From the NCBI GenBank assembly GCA_965223845.1, contig CBDCXR010000004.1, positions 96,001 through 160,000 of the forward strand: a DNA stretch of 64,000 nucleotides, written 5' to 3'. The notes below the pieces were generated by a model. It did not search any database and was not told where the DNA came from. It worked only from the letters and a program-made list of their open reading frames with translations. A program made the position numbers and the translations under genes. Source of the DNA: Planctomycetota bacterium. GTDB taxonomy: Bacteria > Planctomycetota > UBA8108 > SXIK01. Below are positions 10,204-20,160 of this stretch, one piece after another. The first letter of the stretch is position 1. Each line of letters begins with the position of its first letter.

Positions 10204-11325
10204 TCAGCGCGAGACGCGAGAGCTCTCCGTCATGCGCCGGACGACCTCCCGCGGGTCGCCCGTTTGCGCGAGCAGCTCGAGCTGGCGATCGGCCGCCGTG
10301 GGTCGCTTCGTCATGTCGACGACGTGGTCGAGGTAGGGCTGACACTCGAGTCGTTCTGCCGTCGGGCGCAAGTGCTCGACCAGTCGCGTGACGACGTCGC
10401 GGGCCGGATGCGGCTCGAACGTGAACGAGTCGACGAGCCGAGCATCCATGCCGTAGCGCGCGGCGCGCCACTTGTTCTGCCGCACCATCATCGGGTGGCA
10501 GTCGTGCTGGTACGTGCCCGCGTCGATCTCCTCGGAGAGCGCTCGCACGAGCGAGTGAACGAGGGCTGCGATTCCGAGCGCGTCGTCGAGACTTCCGGGT
10601 GTATCGCAGACGCGCACCTCGACGGTCCCGAAGTTGTGGTGCGGTCGTACGTCCCACCAGATTTCGCGGATCGTGTTGATGAATCCCGTATCGATCAGAT
10701 GGTGAATCAGCCAGACGTACTCGCTCCAGTTCCGCATCAGAGTCGGCAGGCCGGCCGTCGGTAGTGCCTCCATGATCTTCGATCGATGGGACCGGAGACC
10801 GGTGACGCGGTTGTTCCACCACGGACTGTTGCAGCTCAGGGCGAGAAGAGTGGGGAGATGACGCATGATGCGGTCGCAGATCATAATCGCCTTGTCGCCC
10901 GAGCCGAGGCCGACGTGGACGTGGAGGCCGAAGGTCACGAGCTGGCGCCCCGTGTCCTGAAGGATTTGGAGCAGCCGCTCGTAGCGTTCGCTCGGGGTCA
11001 TCTCCTGATCTTCCCAGAGCGAAAACGGATGCGTCCCCGTCCAGTAGAGCCGCAGTCCGAGGTCGTCGGTGATGCTCTCGACGAGCTCGATCTGAGTGCG
11101 AAGATCGGCTTCGGCCTCGGCGACGCTTTCGCAGACGCCGGTGTTGATCTCGAGATAGCACTGCATCAACTCGGGCTTGATGCTCTTCTCGTATCTCTTC
11201 GGAATCTTCCCGAGCACGTCCGCGATCGAGTTCGAAAGCGCCATGGATTGTCCGTCGACGAGCGCGAGCTCGAGCTCGACTCCGAGCGTGGGGCGCGGGC
11301 TCGCATCGAAACGAATCTTGTCCAT
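10204..11325 (-). CDS. ybdK: YbdK-family carboxylate-amine ligase (glutamate-cysteine ligase 2)
   Basis: TLGVELEL, FGLHVHVG, LALSCNSPW, IWWDVRPHHNFGTVEVRVCD, NKWRAARYG. Confidence 0.9.
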   Translation of the reverse strand: MDKIRFDASPRPTLGVELELALVDGQSMALSNSIADVLGKIPKRYEKSIKPELMQCYLEINTGVCESVAEAEADLRTQIELVESITDDLGLRLYWTGTHPFSLWEDQEMTPSERYERLLQILQDTGRQLVTFGLHVHVGLGSGDKAIMICDRIMRHLPTLLALSCNSPWWNNRVTGLRSHRSKIMEALPTAGLPTLMRNWSEYVWLIHHLIDTGFINTIREIWWDVRPHHNFGTVEVRVCDTPGSLDDALGIAALVHSLVRALSEEIDAGTYQHDCHPMMVRQNKWRAARYGMDARLVDSFTFEPHPARDVVTRLVEHLRPTAERLECQPYLDHVVDMTKRPTAADRQLELLAQTGDPREVVRRMTESSRVSR

Positions 11326-11348
11326 TTGCCGACCTCGGTTTCGTCTGT

Positions 11349-12572
11349 CTAGCGATGTTCTTGTCGATCGGGGTCGCACCACCCGACGATCGCGCGTGCG
11401 AGGATCTTGGCGCCAAGGGCGAGCGATGACTCCTCGACGTCGAAGTGCGGGGAATGGAGCGAAGGCCCCGGCTCGAGACCGCGGCTGCAGCCGAGACGGA
11501 ACATGCATCCCGGAACGTGTTCGAGATACACCGCAAAATCTTCGCTGCCCATGCTCGGTCGCGCAATCTCGACGACGCGATCCGGCGCGACGAGATCGAG
11601 AGCGGTCTCTCGGACGAGTGCGGTCAGCGAGCGGTCGTTGACGACTCCGGGCGCGCTCGCGGCGAACGCCAGCTCGATGGTCGTTCCCGACGTCTCCGCG
11701 ATCCCGCGGACGAGCGTTCGGAGGTGTGCGATCGTTTGCTCGCGAACCGGTCCGCCGAGTGTTCGGAGCGTTCCATGGAGTACCACCTCCTCGGGAATGA
11801 CATTGGCGTTGTGGCCGCCCTCGATCTTCCCGATCGTCACGACGACCGGCTCGTGGCTGTCGATCGCCCGCGGAACGAACAAATAGATCGAACCGATGAG
11901 CTGCGCGGCGGCCGCGATGGGGTCGATCGACTCGTGTGGCCGCGCCGCGTGCCCGCCCCGCCCTGCGACCCGGATTTCCATCTCATCGCAGGCGGCGGTG
12001 AAGACGCCCGTACGGACTCCCACGCTTCCGGCGGGGAGCGAAGGGTCCATGTGAAGGGACAGGATCGCATCGACGCCCTCGAGCGCGTTGCGACTGACCA
12101 TCTCGGACGCGCCGGTCGCCGTTTCTTCGGACGGCTGGAACACCGCTCGCCACGCGACCGGCCAAGGAAATGCCCCCTCCTGCCCGAGTTCGGCGAGGCC
12201 GGCGACGGCGATGAGGAGAGTCGCCGCATGAGCATCGTGCCCGCAGGCGTGCATGACTCCGTCGGACTGACTCCGATAGGGCACGTCCTTCGCGTCTTGA
12301 ATTCGTAGTGCGTCGATGTCCGCGCGAGCGGCGATGCGCGGACCGCGAGGTGATGAGGCGGGGTCGACGATGAGGCCGGTCGCACCGTCGACGGTCTGAA
12401 CGTCGACACCCGGGAGCTCGGCGAGGTGACGACGAAGGAACTCCGTCGTCTCGAACTCCGCGCCGCTCGGCTCGGGATGCGAATGCAGGTGACGGCGGAT
12501 CTCGATCGCGAGCGGAGAGAGCCGCTCGATCGTTCGATCGAGCGCAGCTTCCCACGAGTTGGATGCCTTCAA
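11349..12572 (-). CDS. M20D amidohydrolase
   Basis: RRHLHSHPE, RADIDAL, MHACGHDAH, FQPSEE, GRGGHAARPH, SEDF, LHSPHFD. Confidence 0.92.
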   Translation of the reverse strand: MKASNSWEAALDRTIERLSPLAIEIRRHLHSHPEPSGAEFETTEFLRRHLAELPGVDVQTVDGATGLIVDPASSPRGPRIAARADIDALRIQDAKDVPYRSQSDGVMHACGHDAHAATLLIAVAGLAELGQEGAFPWPVAWRAVFQPSEETATGASEMVSRNALEGVDAILSLHMDPSLPAGSVGVRTGVFTAACDEMEIRVAGRGGHAARPHESIDPIAAAAQLIGSIYLFVPRAIDSHEPVVVTIGKIEGGHNANVIPEEVVLHGTLRTLGGPVREQTIAHLRTLVRGIAETSGTTIELAFAASAPGVVNDRSLTALVRETALDLVAPDRVVEIARPSMGSEDFAVYLEHVPGCMFRLGCSRGLEPGPSLHSPHFDVEESSLALGAKILARAIVGWCDPDRQEHR

Positions 12573-12766
12573 GCGGGCTTACCTCTGTGCGTCGGAGCGG
12601 GTTCGGACTCGCCCGCGAAGGTCGGCGAGCCGAGCGGCAGAGTCGAATCTCGGATCGCCGGGGCGAGGTCCGGACCGAGCGGCGCTTCGTTCGCGCCGCG
12701 CTGACTGCGATTTTCGCCGACTTCCGCCGAGTTCACCAGCCGGCGACTTCGCCTCGTCCGCTTCGA

Positions 12767-13111
12767 TCAGCTCTTCGACTCCCGCTCCTTCGCGCATCCG
12801 ATGCAGATCGTCGCCTGCGGGAGAGCTTCGAGGCGCGCGGCGGAGATCCCTTCACCACACTCGGAGCACACGCCGTACGTGCCGTCATCGATGCGTGCGA
12901 GCGCCGCTCGGATCGCAGTCGCTTGCTGCTCTTCTTCGGCACTCAAGCCGTCGAGTACCTCGTCGTTCTGGCGCACCGATGCTTGCTCTTCCCAGTCCTC
13001 CTCGAGCGCGTTGTTGTCGCGCCGGCGGTCGCGCTCGATCTTCTCGAGGCGTCGCTCGATCGCGTGGAGATGGGTTTCGAGTCGCTCGCGCACATCGCTC
13101 CAGTCGGTCAT
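12767..13111 (-). CDS. TraR/DksA C4-type zinc finger protein
   Basis: Coiled coil with DWEEQA tip, AALARIDDGTYGVCSECGEGI..RLEALP..CIGC. Confidence 0.9.
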   Translation of the reverse strand: MTDWSDVRERLETHLHAIERRLEKIERDRRRDNNALEEDWEEQASVRQNDEVLDGLSAEEEQQATAIRAALARIDDGTYGVCSECGEGISAARLEALPQATICIGCAKERESKS

Positions 13112-13137
13112 CGTCGAGATTCCTTTCTGTTCCTCGT

Positions 13138-13608
13138 TCAGCCTTCGGATTCCGTGGCGCGGAGACCGAAGAGATCGTCGGCGGGGCAGTCGCGGTGGCA
13201 GGAGCTGCAAGCTTGGCTGAGCTCACGCAGCGCGGTTCGGGCGGCAGCGCTGTCCGAACGGTCCACCGCTGCGAGGACGTCGTCGCTTCCGCGGCGAAGC
13301 ATCGTCGACGTCGCAGCCACCCAAGCATCGTCGTTCTCGGGCGGGTCGCGCATGAGGAGGTAGCTCGCCTCGTGGAGAAGCGCGGCGCTCATCGCAACGT
13401 CGCTCCACTCTTCGGGAGTCGCTGGATCGACCGTGAGCTTCGCCTTCAAGTTGTCGAAGTGAACCGACACGAGTCCGCGCATCAGGTACTGGGGAGGGAC
13501 GGCCGGTCGCGCCGCTTCCTCCTCGAAGTTCACCTTCCGGCCCGATTGGCTCGGCGCGCAGCCGGCGAGGACCGCGCCTACGATCGCGACGCGTGCGAGT
13601 GTTTTCAT
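13138..13608 (-). CDS. Lipoprotein monoheme cytochrome c (class II/c'-like, C-terminal CxxCH)
   Basis: LAGC lipobox; helical body; CSSCH near the C-terminus. Confidence 0.8.
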   Translation of the reverse strand: MKTLARVAIVGAVLAGCAPSQSGRKVNFEEEAARPAVPPQYLMRGLVSVHFDNLKAKLTVDPATPEEWSDVAMSAALLHEASYLLMRDPPENDDAWVAATSTMLRRGSDDVLAAVDRSDSAAARTALRELSQACSSCHRDCPADDLFGLRATESEG

Positions 13609-13944
13609 TTGGTCTACCTCGAATTGGTCCCTCGCAGCGTGTTTCTGCTACCCCTTCGGGCACGGGTTCCGCCCACGATCTGACGGTGCGCGACACGCCG
13701 TTCGAGATTCTCTTCTAACGTTGTATCGGCGAGATAAGCAACACGCTCGCCATTTGCAGGGGAGCGCGAAAGATCACGCGTTTCGCGACCAGGCAGCGGC
13801 AAAGCGCGGAAAATTCCGGTATATCGGCGAGAATTCTCCCACCGCTTTCGGTCGCTCGGGCCTCTCGAGTCCCGGAGTTCGCCCGGCCGATTCGAAGGGT
13901 GGGTGAGTCGGTCGATTCCTCTCGACGGAAAGGTTCGTTCGCGC

Positions 13945-15252
13945 ATGCCGCGCCCCCGCGTTCTTCAGATCCTCTCTCAAAGACCTTCGCTGACCGGCAG
14001 CGGAGTCACGCTCGACGCCCTCGCGCGCGCCGCGTCGCGGCGCGGCTGGGAGCAGCGTGTGATCGTCGGGGTACCGGCGGGGGAGTCGCGGCCGCGCGTT
14101 GCGGACCTACCGCCGGAGTCGATCCACGCGGTGAAGTTCGACGCCGAGGGCGGCGCAGGCCCAGGGGCGGATCTCCCGTTCGCCGTCCCCGGGATGAGCG
14201 ACGCGATGCCGTACGTCAGCACGCGGTTTCGCGATCTCTCACCGCCCGACATCGAACGCTACGAGTCGTGTTGGCGAGAAGCGATCCGCGCCGCCGTACG
14301 CACGTTCGAACCGGACGTGGTCCATGCCCATCACGCCTGGGTCGTGAGCTCTCTAGCCGCCGCGGAAATCGACTCCGCGCCGGTGATCGTTCATCTTCAC
14401 GGTACGGGGCTCCGACAGTTGCGAACACTGCCGGAGTGGTTCGGGCGGATCCACCCCGGACTCGCCCGCGTTCGCCGGTTCGTCGCCTTGACGCGCACGC
14501 AGGTGGACGACTACGCCGAAGCACTGCAGCTCCCGGCCGATCGATTTGCGGTCGTCGGCGCCGGTTACCGCGAGGATCTCTTCCATTCAGGCGAGAAGCC
14601 GCAATCGCCGCGGGGCGCAACGATCCTCTTCGCCGGCAAGCTGAGCGACGCGAAGGGGCTCGGCCCGCTTCTCGACGCCGTCGAGCTGCTGGTCACCGCG
14701 GGGCGGGACGTGGAGCTTCGCGTTGCGGGAGACGGCGCTGGAGTGGAGGCCGAGCGACTGTCCGCTCGCATCGAAGCCCTCTCGCCGCACGCCCGGCGGC
14801 TCGGCCGCCTCTCGCAAGCCGAGCTCGCGCGTGAAATGCGCCGGAGCGCCGTGTTCGTACTGCCGTCGCTCTACGAGGGGCTTCCGCTCGTCCTCATCGA
14901 GGCGCTCGCGAGCGGCTGCCGCCTCGTGAGCACCTCGCTCCCCGGAATCGTCGAGGGCATCGCACCGGTTGTCGGCGACGCGCTCGAGCTCGTTCCTCTG
15001 CCTCCCCTCGCCGGAGTCGACCAGCTCGCCGAGCGCGATCGTCCGGCATTTGCGGCGAATCTTTCTCGCGCGCTCGAACGAACTCTCGACCGAGGTGGTT
15101 TCGACGACGCGGCGGCTCTCGTCGACCGGCTCGAGCCGTTTACGTGGGACGCCGTGTTCGAGCGCGTCGAATCCGTCTGGAAGTGCTCGGCTGCTCTCCC
15201 GGATGAGACTCACACAAAGAGCGTGAACGAACAGGACGAAGAGAGCGATTGA
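13945..15252 (+). CDS. Glycosyltransferase family 4
   Basis: TGSGV N-terminal motif, PDVVHAHH, FAGKLSDAKG, PSLYEGLPLVLIEALASG. Confidence 0.9.
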   Translation: MPRPRVLQILSQRPSLTGSGVTLDALARAASRRGWEQRVIVGVPAGESRPRVADLPPESIHAVKFDAEGGAGPGADLPFAVPGMSDAMPYVSTRFRDLSPPDIERYESCWREAIRAAVRTFEPDVVHAHHAWVVSSLAAAEIDSAPVIVHLHGTGLRQLRTLPEWFGRIHPGLARVRRFVALTRTQVDDYAEALQLPADRFAVVGAGYREDLFHSGEKPQSPRGATILFAGKLSDAKGLGPLLDAVELLVTAGRDVELRVAGDGAGVEAERLSARIEALSPHARRLGRLSQAELAREMRRSAVFVLPSLYEGLPLVLIEALASGCRLVSTSLPGIVEGIAPVVGDALELVPLPPLAGVDQLAERDRPAFAANLSRALERTLDRGGFDDAAALVDRLEPFTWDAVFERVESVWKCSAALPDETHTKSVNEQDEESD

Positions 15253-15283
15253 GGTGCGAGCGCTCGGACCGGATCGATCGCCT

Positions 15284-17371
15284 TCAGACGTTCGCGGGCG
15301 TCATTCCGAGCGGGCTCAATCCCGCGCGCGTCTCCACTGCTTCGGCGGCGCGGGCCGCGGAGCCGATCAGGCGCTGGTGGAGGGCGATGATTCCTTCGAT
15401 CGTGCGCGTGAGCTGGGCGATCGCTTCGTCGACCGGAATCTGGGTGAGCGGCTGCGGCGCGAAGATTTCGTCGCCCACGGACGAGCTCCTTCGGGAGGTT
15501 GGAAACGGCCATGGGGCATCGCCGAGCCGCGATTTCAGGTGGTTGAAATCCCGGCTCGCGGCGTTCAGCCGAGACTCGAACGCTGTTTCGTATTTCGCCT
15601 TCCCCTTGCCGTCGAAGCGGCGCCGGTGCATCACCGCTAGAGCGAGGTGGTTTTCGTAGAGCGAGAGGAACTCGTTCCACGCGGCCTCGAGGCGGTCGAG
15701 CGTACGACCGTAGAGGTTGAGCTCCCGTGAATCGATCGGCGCGTCCGATTTCCGGGACGTCTCTTCCTCCGTGCACGCGATTTCGAGTGCGATCGCCCAG
15801 CGTTCCTCGAGGAGCGCGCGGAGCGGATCGAGCTCGCGTCGCGCGACTCGCGCGCGCTCGAGGATCTGCCCTTCGAGCTGCGAGACGTTTCCTTCGCGGA
15901 CGCCCCGGAAGCCGAACTCCCCATCGATGAGGTCGAGGCCGGAGGTGACGATCGCACCGGCGCGGACCGCATCGCAGAACTGCTCCTGCGCGGCTCGGAG
16001 GCGAGCGGTCGCCTCTCCGTGTCGTTCGAGCTCCGCGTCGAGACGGCACCGGACTTGCCGGAGGTCGTCGAGCGTAGCGTCGATGATGCCGGCATCGGAC
16101 TGGCCGGTTCCGGACGGCCAGAAGAATGGGTAGACGATGTCTTCGAACTCCGCGAAATAGCGCGTTCGGCACTCCGCGTCGAGATCGGGTTCCTCGGCCG
16201 GCTCGTCGCGAACGAGATCCCTCGACTCGATCGACGCGTCGATCGAATCGTGATAGAACGCGAGCGTCGTCTCTCGTGCGAGCGCATCGAAGTCGGTAAA
16301 GAGCGCAGCCGCCGGGCCGTCGACGCGGATCGCTCCCCGTCCGCGCTCGCCCGGAGCGGCGACTCGACGTCGCAGCTCGTCCGCGGTCTCGGGAGGTATG
16401 AGATCGCGATGCGCGGAGACCCACTCGGGAAAGCTCTCCCAGAGGTTGTCCGCGGAGTGAGCCGCGGCGAGGGCGTCGGTCGCGCGTTCCCGTGCGCACG
16501 CGAGGACTTCGAGGCGCGCTCGCGCGCGGTGAACGACGTGCCCCCCGACGAGGCGAACCGCGAATCGGTCGGCGATTTGCGTCCGGCTGCACTCGATCTT
16601 CGCGTCGCCACGCCGGGCGAGGAGGAGGAGCGTTCGGACGATGCGGCGACGCAGCCAGCGGTACGGTCCGAGGAGTCGGGCCCCGGCTCGCCCCGGCTCG
16701 TTTTCGGCGATGCGCTCGAGCCACTCGCGAGCGGCTCGGGCGGCCCGGGCCGACCGCGGACTCGTGTCGGGCGCGGCGCGTCGAATCTCGTGCGCGAGGG
16801 CTCCGACGAGCTCGAGCGCGTCGAGCTCTGCGACGGCCGGGGCTCCGATCGTGAGAAGCACACCGGGAGGGTCTCTGTCTGCGCTGACGTTGTCGGAGCT
16901 GTCGATGCGCACGCGATAAGGACCGCGCGCGCCGGTGAGCCTCGCGAGTCTTCCGACCGCGGTGTAGAGCCCAGGTTCGCGCTCGGGCTCGAGCGTGATG
17001 CCCGAACGCGGGTGCGTCTCACCGCGACGACGCCGAACTAGTGGTCGCGCGAGCACGGCGAAGAGGGGAGCGCCGGCGATGAGAATCGAGAGATCGATCG
17101 CGGCGCGCACGACAGTCTGCTTTGCCGCAGCTCCGCCGGTGATTCCTGCGCGGAGCCGGGGGAGGCTTTCGTACGTGTACCAGCCGAGCCCGGCGCCGAT
17201 CGCCATCACGAGCACCACGTAGACGACGGGAAGCGCAACCGTCCCGACCGCGGTGAGCCGCGTCGCCGCTCGCGCGCCGAGGCCGACGGGGGTGCGCTCC
17301 GGCGCGCCGTCGAGCGCGTCGAGGAGCTCCGTCCGGCGCCGATCTTGATCGGTGGGCTCGAGTTCCGACAT
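15284..17371 (-). CDS. Membrane protein related to peptidase M48 (HtpX-like), degenerate zinc motif
   Basis: Two N-terminal TM helices, EPGLYTAV..LLTIGAP..ELVGALAHEIRR (HExxH lost), ADRFAVRLVG. Confidence 0.6.
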   Translation of the reverse strand: MSELEPTDQDRRRTELLDALDGAPERTPVGLGARAATRLTAVGTVALPVVYVVLVMAIGAGLGWYTYESLPRLRAGITGGAAAKQTVVRAAIDLSILIAGAPLFAVLARPLVRRRRGETHPRSGITLEPEREPGLYTAVGRLARLTGARGPYRVRIDSSDNVSADRDPPGVLLTIGAPAVAELDALELVGALAHEIRRAAPDTSPRSARAARAAREWLERIAENEPGRAGARLLGPYRWLRRRIVRTLLLLARRGDAKIECSRTQIADRFAVRLVGGHVVHRARARLEVLACARERATDALAAAHSADNLWESFPEWVSAHRDLIPPETADELRRRVAAPGERGRGAIRVDGPAAALFTDFDALARETTLAFYHDSIDASIESRDLVRDEPAEEPDLDAECRTRYFAEFEDIVYPFFWPSGTGQSDAGIIDATLDDLRQVRCRLDAELERHGEATARLRAAQEQFCDAVRAGAIVTSGLDLIDGEFGFRGVREGNVSQLEGQILERARVARRELDPLRALLEERWAIALEIACTEEETSRKSDAPIDSRELNLYGRTLDRLEAAWNEFLSLYENHLALAVMHRRRFDGKGKAKYETAFESRLNAASRDFNHLKSRLGDAPWPFPTSRRSSSVGDEIFAPQPLTQIPVDEAIAQLTRTIEGIIALHQRLIGSAARAAEAVETRAGLSPLGMTPANV

Positions 17372-17666
17372 GCGGGGAGGGCAGCCTCGGGGAACGCGGT
17401 GTGGGGCCCGGATTCCTCATGGAAGCCGAGTGAGTGAACCCGGTGTTCGACCCGGTGCCGGCGCCGGATCCGGCCGCGTCGCGACGCGGCCGGCCCGGTC
17501 GAGAACACCGAGTCCAGGATAGAGAAGCGTAGGCTGATTTCGCTCGCCCGACAACTCGAGCGCACCGTCGCGCGCGCCTCGTAAATGGTCTGTAAGAGTT
17601 GTATTTGATTTAGTTTATGGAGTTCCCCCTCCCGCGCGGGCCACGAAATCGGCCGGAGAAACCGTC

Positions 17667-17695
17667 TTGCCTCGCAGGGCGAAGAGGGTTACCGT
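17667..17695 (+). promoter_or_regulatory. Sigma70-like promoter of the imuA operon
   Basis: TTGCCT (17667-17672), 17-nt spacer, TACCGT (17690-17695); AT-rich patch upstream at about 17581-17620. Confidence 0.6.
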
Positions 17696-17698
17696 AAG

Positions 17699-17712
17699 CG
17701 AACAGGTGTTCG
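17699..17712. promoter_or_regulatory. Putative LexA/SOS box, GAAC-N4-GTTC type
   Basis: CGAACAGGTGTTCG, matching the Firmicutes/Actinobacteria consensus, 3 nt after the -10 element and upstream of a classic SOS-regulated cassette. Confidence 0.75.
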
Positions 17713-17760
17713 CCCTTCGGGGATTTGGCGAGAGCCGTGGGCTTGTGAATTCACGGCGAG

Positions 17761-18603
17761 ATGGACGTTTCGCTCGCGATGAAGAAAAGCACTGTACTGA
17801 AGGGCCCGATCTTGAAGGGCTCTGCTCTGAAGAGCCTGGGATTCGAGACCGCTGGAACGGCGGTGACGTCGCTGGTCCGCGGAGCTCAGCTCGGTCGTAC
17901 GGGCGAGCGTCCGGCCGGTTGGAGTCTCGATGCGATCGCCGGCCGCTTCGTCGAGCTCTCCGGGCAGGCGGCAACGGCAGTTCTCAGTCTGTCGTTTCGA
18001 TTGGTCGTCGAAGCGCAGAGAACCGGCGAACCCGTCGCGTGGATCACCGAGCGCGGGAGCAGCTTCTTTCCTCCGGACGCCGCGGACTGCGGTGTCGACC
18101 TCGACGCACTCGTCGTGATCGCGCTGCCGGCAGTGACAGAGGCGCCGCGTGCGGCCGACGTGCTCCTTCGCTCCGGAGGATTCGGGCTCGTCGTCGTCGA
18201 TTGGACTCACGCGTCGCGCGCCGTGGGGACGACGCGGGAGTGGCGGCGGGGAGGAGAGTTTCCCGCTGCGGCGCAGACGCGCCTCGCGGGGCTTGCGCGG
18301 AAGCATCGAGCGGCGTTTCTGTGCCTGACGGAGAAGAGGGAAGACGCCGCTTCGCTCGGTTCGCTCGTCTCGCTGCGGGCGGAAGCCGTACGGAGCGGTC
18401 TCGTCGAGATCGGAGCGAGTGAGAGAGGAGCCGGCGAGGTGAGAGGCGCCGGTGAGGTGTCGGCGACGCCGTCAGGATCGGCGGCGATGAAGAAAGCGGG
18501 TGGCGAGCGGTTCGGCTGCGAGGTCCGCGCACTCAAGGACAAGTGCTTGGGCGCCTCGTGGCAACACCGGGAGGTGTGCCGTGCGCCGGATGGCCTGTGT
18601 TGA
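17761..18603 (+). CDS. imuA: ImuA, RecA-like mutasome accessory protein
   Basis: AGRFVELSG, EAQRTGEPVAWI, FFPPDAADCGVDLDAL, LLRSGGFGLVVVD, SLGSLVSLR; overlaps the imuB start. Confidence 0.85.
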   Translation: MDVSLAMKKSTVLKGPILKGSALKSLGFETAGTAVTSLVRGAQLGRTGERPAGWSLDAIAGRFVELSGQAATAVLSLSFRLVVEAQRTGEPVAWITERGSSFFPPDAADCGVDLDALVVIALPAVTEAPRAADVLLRSGGFGLVVVDWTHASRAVGTTREWRRGGEFPAAAQTRLAGLARKHRAAFLCLTEKREDAASLGSLVSLRAEAVRSGLVEIGASERGAGEVRGAGEVSATPSGSAAMKKAGGERFGCEVRALKDKCLGASWQHREVCRAPDGLC

Positions 18604-20068
18604 CCTTCCTGCTCTGCCGCTCCAGCTCGCTCTCCGCCGGCATCCGGAGTGGCGCTCTCATCCCGTCGCGGTCGTCGATTGCGATAAGCCGCAGGGGCGC
18701 ATCCTGTGGGTGAGTGAATCGGCGCGCGCGGCGAGCATCCTCCCCGGGCTGCGTTACGCAGCAGCGCTGTCGCTCGTCGGTTCTCTGCGGGCGACCGAGG
18801 TACCCGCCGAGGAGATCGACCGCGCGGTGCGCGCTCTCGCCACGCGCCTGCGCGGTTTGACTCCCGCTGTCGAGCCGGCGAAGGAGGATCCCGGCGTGTT
18901 TTGGCTCGACGCCTCGGGACTCGAGGGCCTCTATCGCTCTCCCGCGGTGTGGGCGGAAGAGATCCGTTCGCTGCTCGCACGAACCGAGTGCATCCGCTCG
19001 ACCGTCGTCGTCGGGTTTCGTCGTTTTGCTACCTACGCTGTCGCGAAGGCGAGCCGTGGCATCACCGTCTTCGATGATCCGGACGCGGAGGGCGAAGCGA
19101 TGCGGAAAGTCCCTCTCGACAAGCTCGCCCTCGAACCAGCCGTGCGCGATGTGCTCGCGAAGCTCGGTGTGCTGACCGTAGGAGAGTTCGCGGCGCTGCC
19201 GCCCGATGGAATCCGCCGGCGCTTCGGGAAGAGAACATGGGAGCTCTACCGCGAGGCGACGGGTGAGGTCACAATCCCGTTTGAACCGGAGCATTCAGAG
19301 TCGCCGCTTCGCGGTGAGGTCCATTTGGATGGACCGGAGAGTGATCTGCTTCGGCTGCGGGTCGTGATCGCGCGTGCGCTTCAGCCTCTCCTCGGAGAGC
19401 TCGACGAACGGGACCGCGGGGTGGTGGAAGTGCGCGTGGATCTCGTCTTCGACGATGCCAGTCGGCGCACGGAGCGGCTTCGGCCGGCGCAGCCGACGAC
19501 GGATCTACTTCAACTCTCCGAGTTGATTCACTTGCGTCTCGCTCGGGCGAAGTTCACGGCGGGAGTGATCGACTTCGCGATCGCCATCCGTTCGACGCGA
19601 ATCGGACGGCGTCAGCTCGAGCTGTTCGAAGAAGCACCGCGCCGCGATGGTTTCGCCGCCGACCGAGCGCTCGCGCGCATCCGAGCGGAGTTCGGAGTCG
19701 ATGCCGTTGTGAAGGCCGTGCTGCAGCCGCGTCATCTACCCGAAGCGCTCTTCGCGTGGGCGCCGCTCGAGCACGTAGCCGCCCCCGAGCCGCGCTACGT
19801 GGAGCACGGTGCTCTCATCCGTCGCATCTACACGCCGCCTCTCGTCCTCCCGGCGCGGCCTCGTCACGAGCCCGACGGCTGGATGCTGCGCGGCCTCGAC
19901 CAAGGACCGGTCGTGCGCGTGAGCGGGCCATTTCTCGTCTCCGGTGGCTGGTGGCACCGCGCGGTCTACCGCGAGTACCACTTCGCCGAAACGAAGAGCG
20001 GCGAGATCCTTTGGGTGTTCTACGACCGCTTCCGCCGCCGCTGGCTCGTCCACGGGCGGGTCGAGTAA
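18590..20068 (+). CDS. imuB: ImuB, catalytically inactive Y-family DNA polymerase
   Basis: [12 protein letters not shown]-terminus, FWLDASG, clamp-binding-like QLELF, C-terminal [21 protein letters not shown]. Confidence 0.9.
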   Translation: MACVDLPALPLQLALRRHPEWRSHPVAVVDCDKPQGRILWVSESARAASILPGLRYAAALSLVGSLRATEVPAEEIDRAVRALATRLRGLTPAVEPAKEDPGVFWLDASGLEGLYRSPAVWAEEIRSLLARTECIRSTVVVGFRRFATYAVAKASRGITVFDDPDAEGEAMRKVPLDKLALEPAVRDVLAKLGVLTVGEFAALPPDGIRRRFGKRTWELYREATGEVTIPFEPEHSESPLRGEVHLDGPESDLLRLRVVIARALQPLLGELDERDRGVVEVRVDLVFDDASRRTERLRPAQPTTDLLQLSELIHLRLARAKFTAGVIDFAIAIRSTRIGRRQLELFEEAPRRDGFAADRALARIRAEFGVDAVVKAVLQPRHLPEALFAWAPLEHVAAPEPRYVEHGALIRRIYTPPLVLPARPRHEPDGWMLRGLDQGPVVRVSGPFLVSGGWWHRAVYREYHFAETKSGEILWVFYDRFRRRWLVHGRVE

Positions 20069-20128
20069 CTCCCGCCCTCGTCACCGAACCCGTTCCCGTT
20101 CCCGTTCCCGAACTAACTCCCATTCACA
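20069..20128 (+). repeat. Degenerate 6-bp periodic repeat in the imuB-dnaE2 spacer
   Basis: ctcccg ccctcg tcaccg aacccg ttcccg ttcccg ttcccg aactaa ctccca ttcaca. Confidence 0.7.
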
Positions 20129-20160
20129 AAACGCACCGCTTTTCTATCAACCCAATCCTC

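Noticed and set aside
12579-12797. 72-aa ORF between the DksA-like and M20 genes
   Set aside because: Overlaps the DksA-like 3' end and has no motif or RBS.
19756-20160. 135-aa N-terminal extension of DnaE2 in the ORF track
   Set aside because: Overlaps imuB out of frame; the canonical DnaE2 N-terminus starts at ATG 20161.
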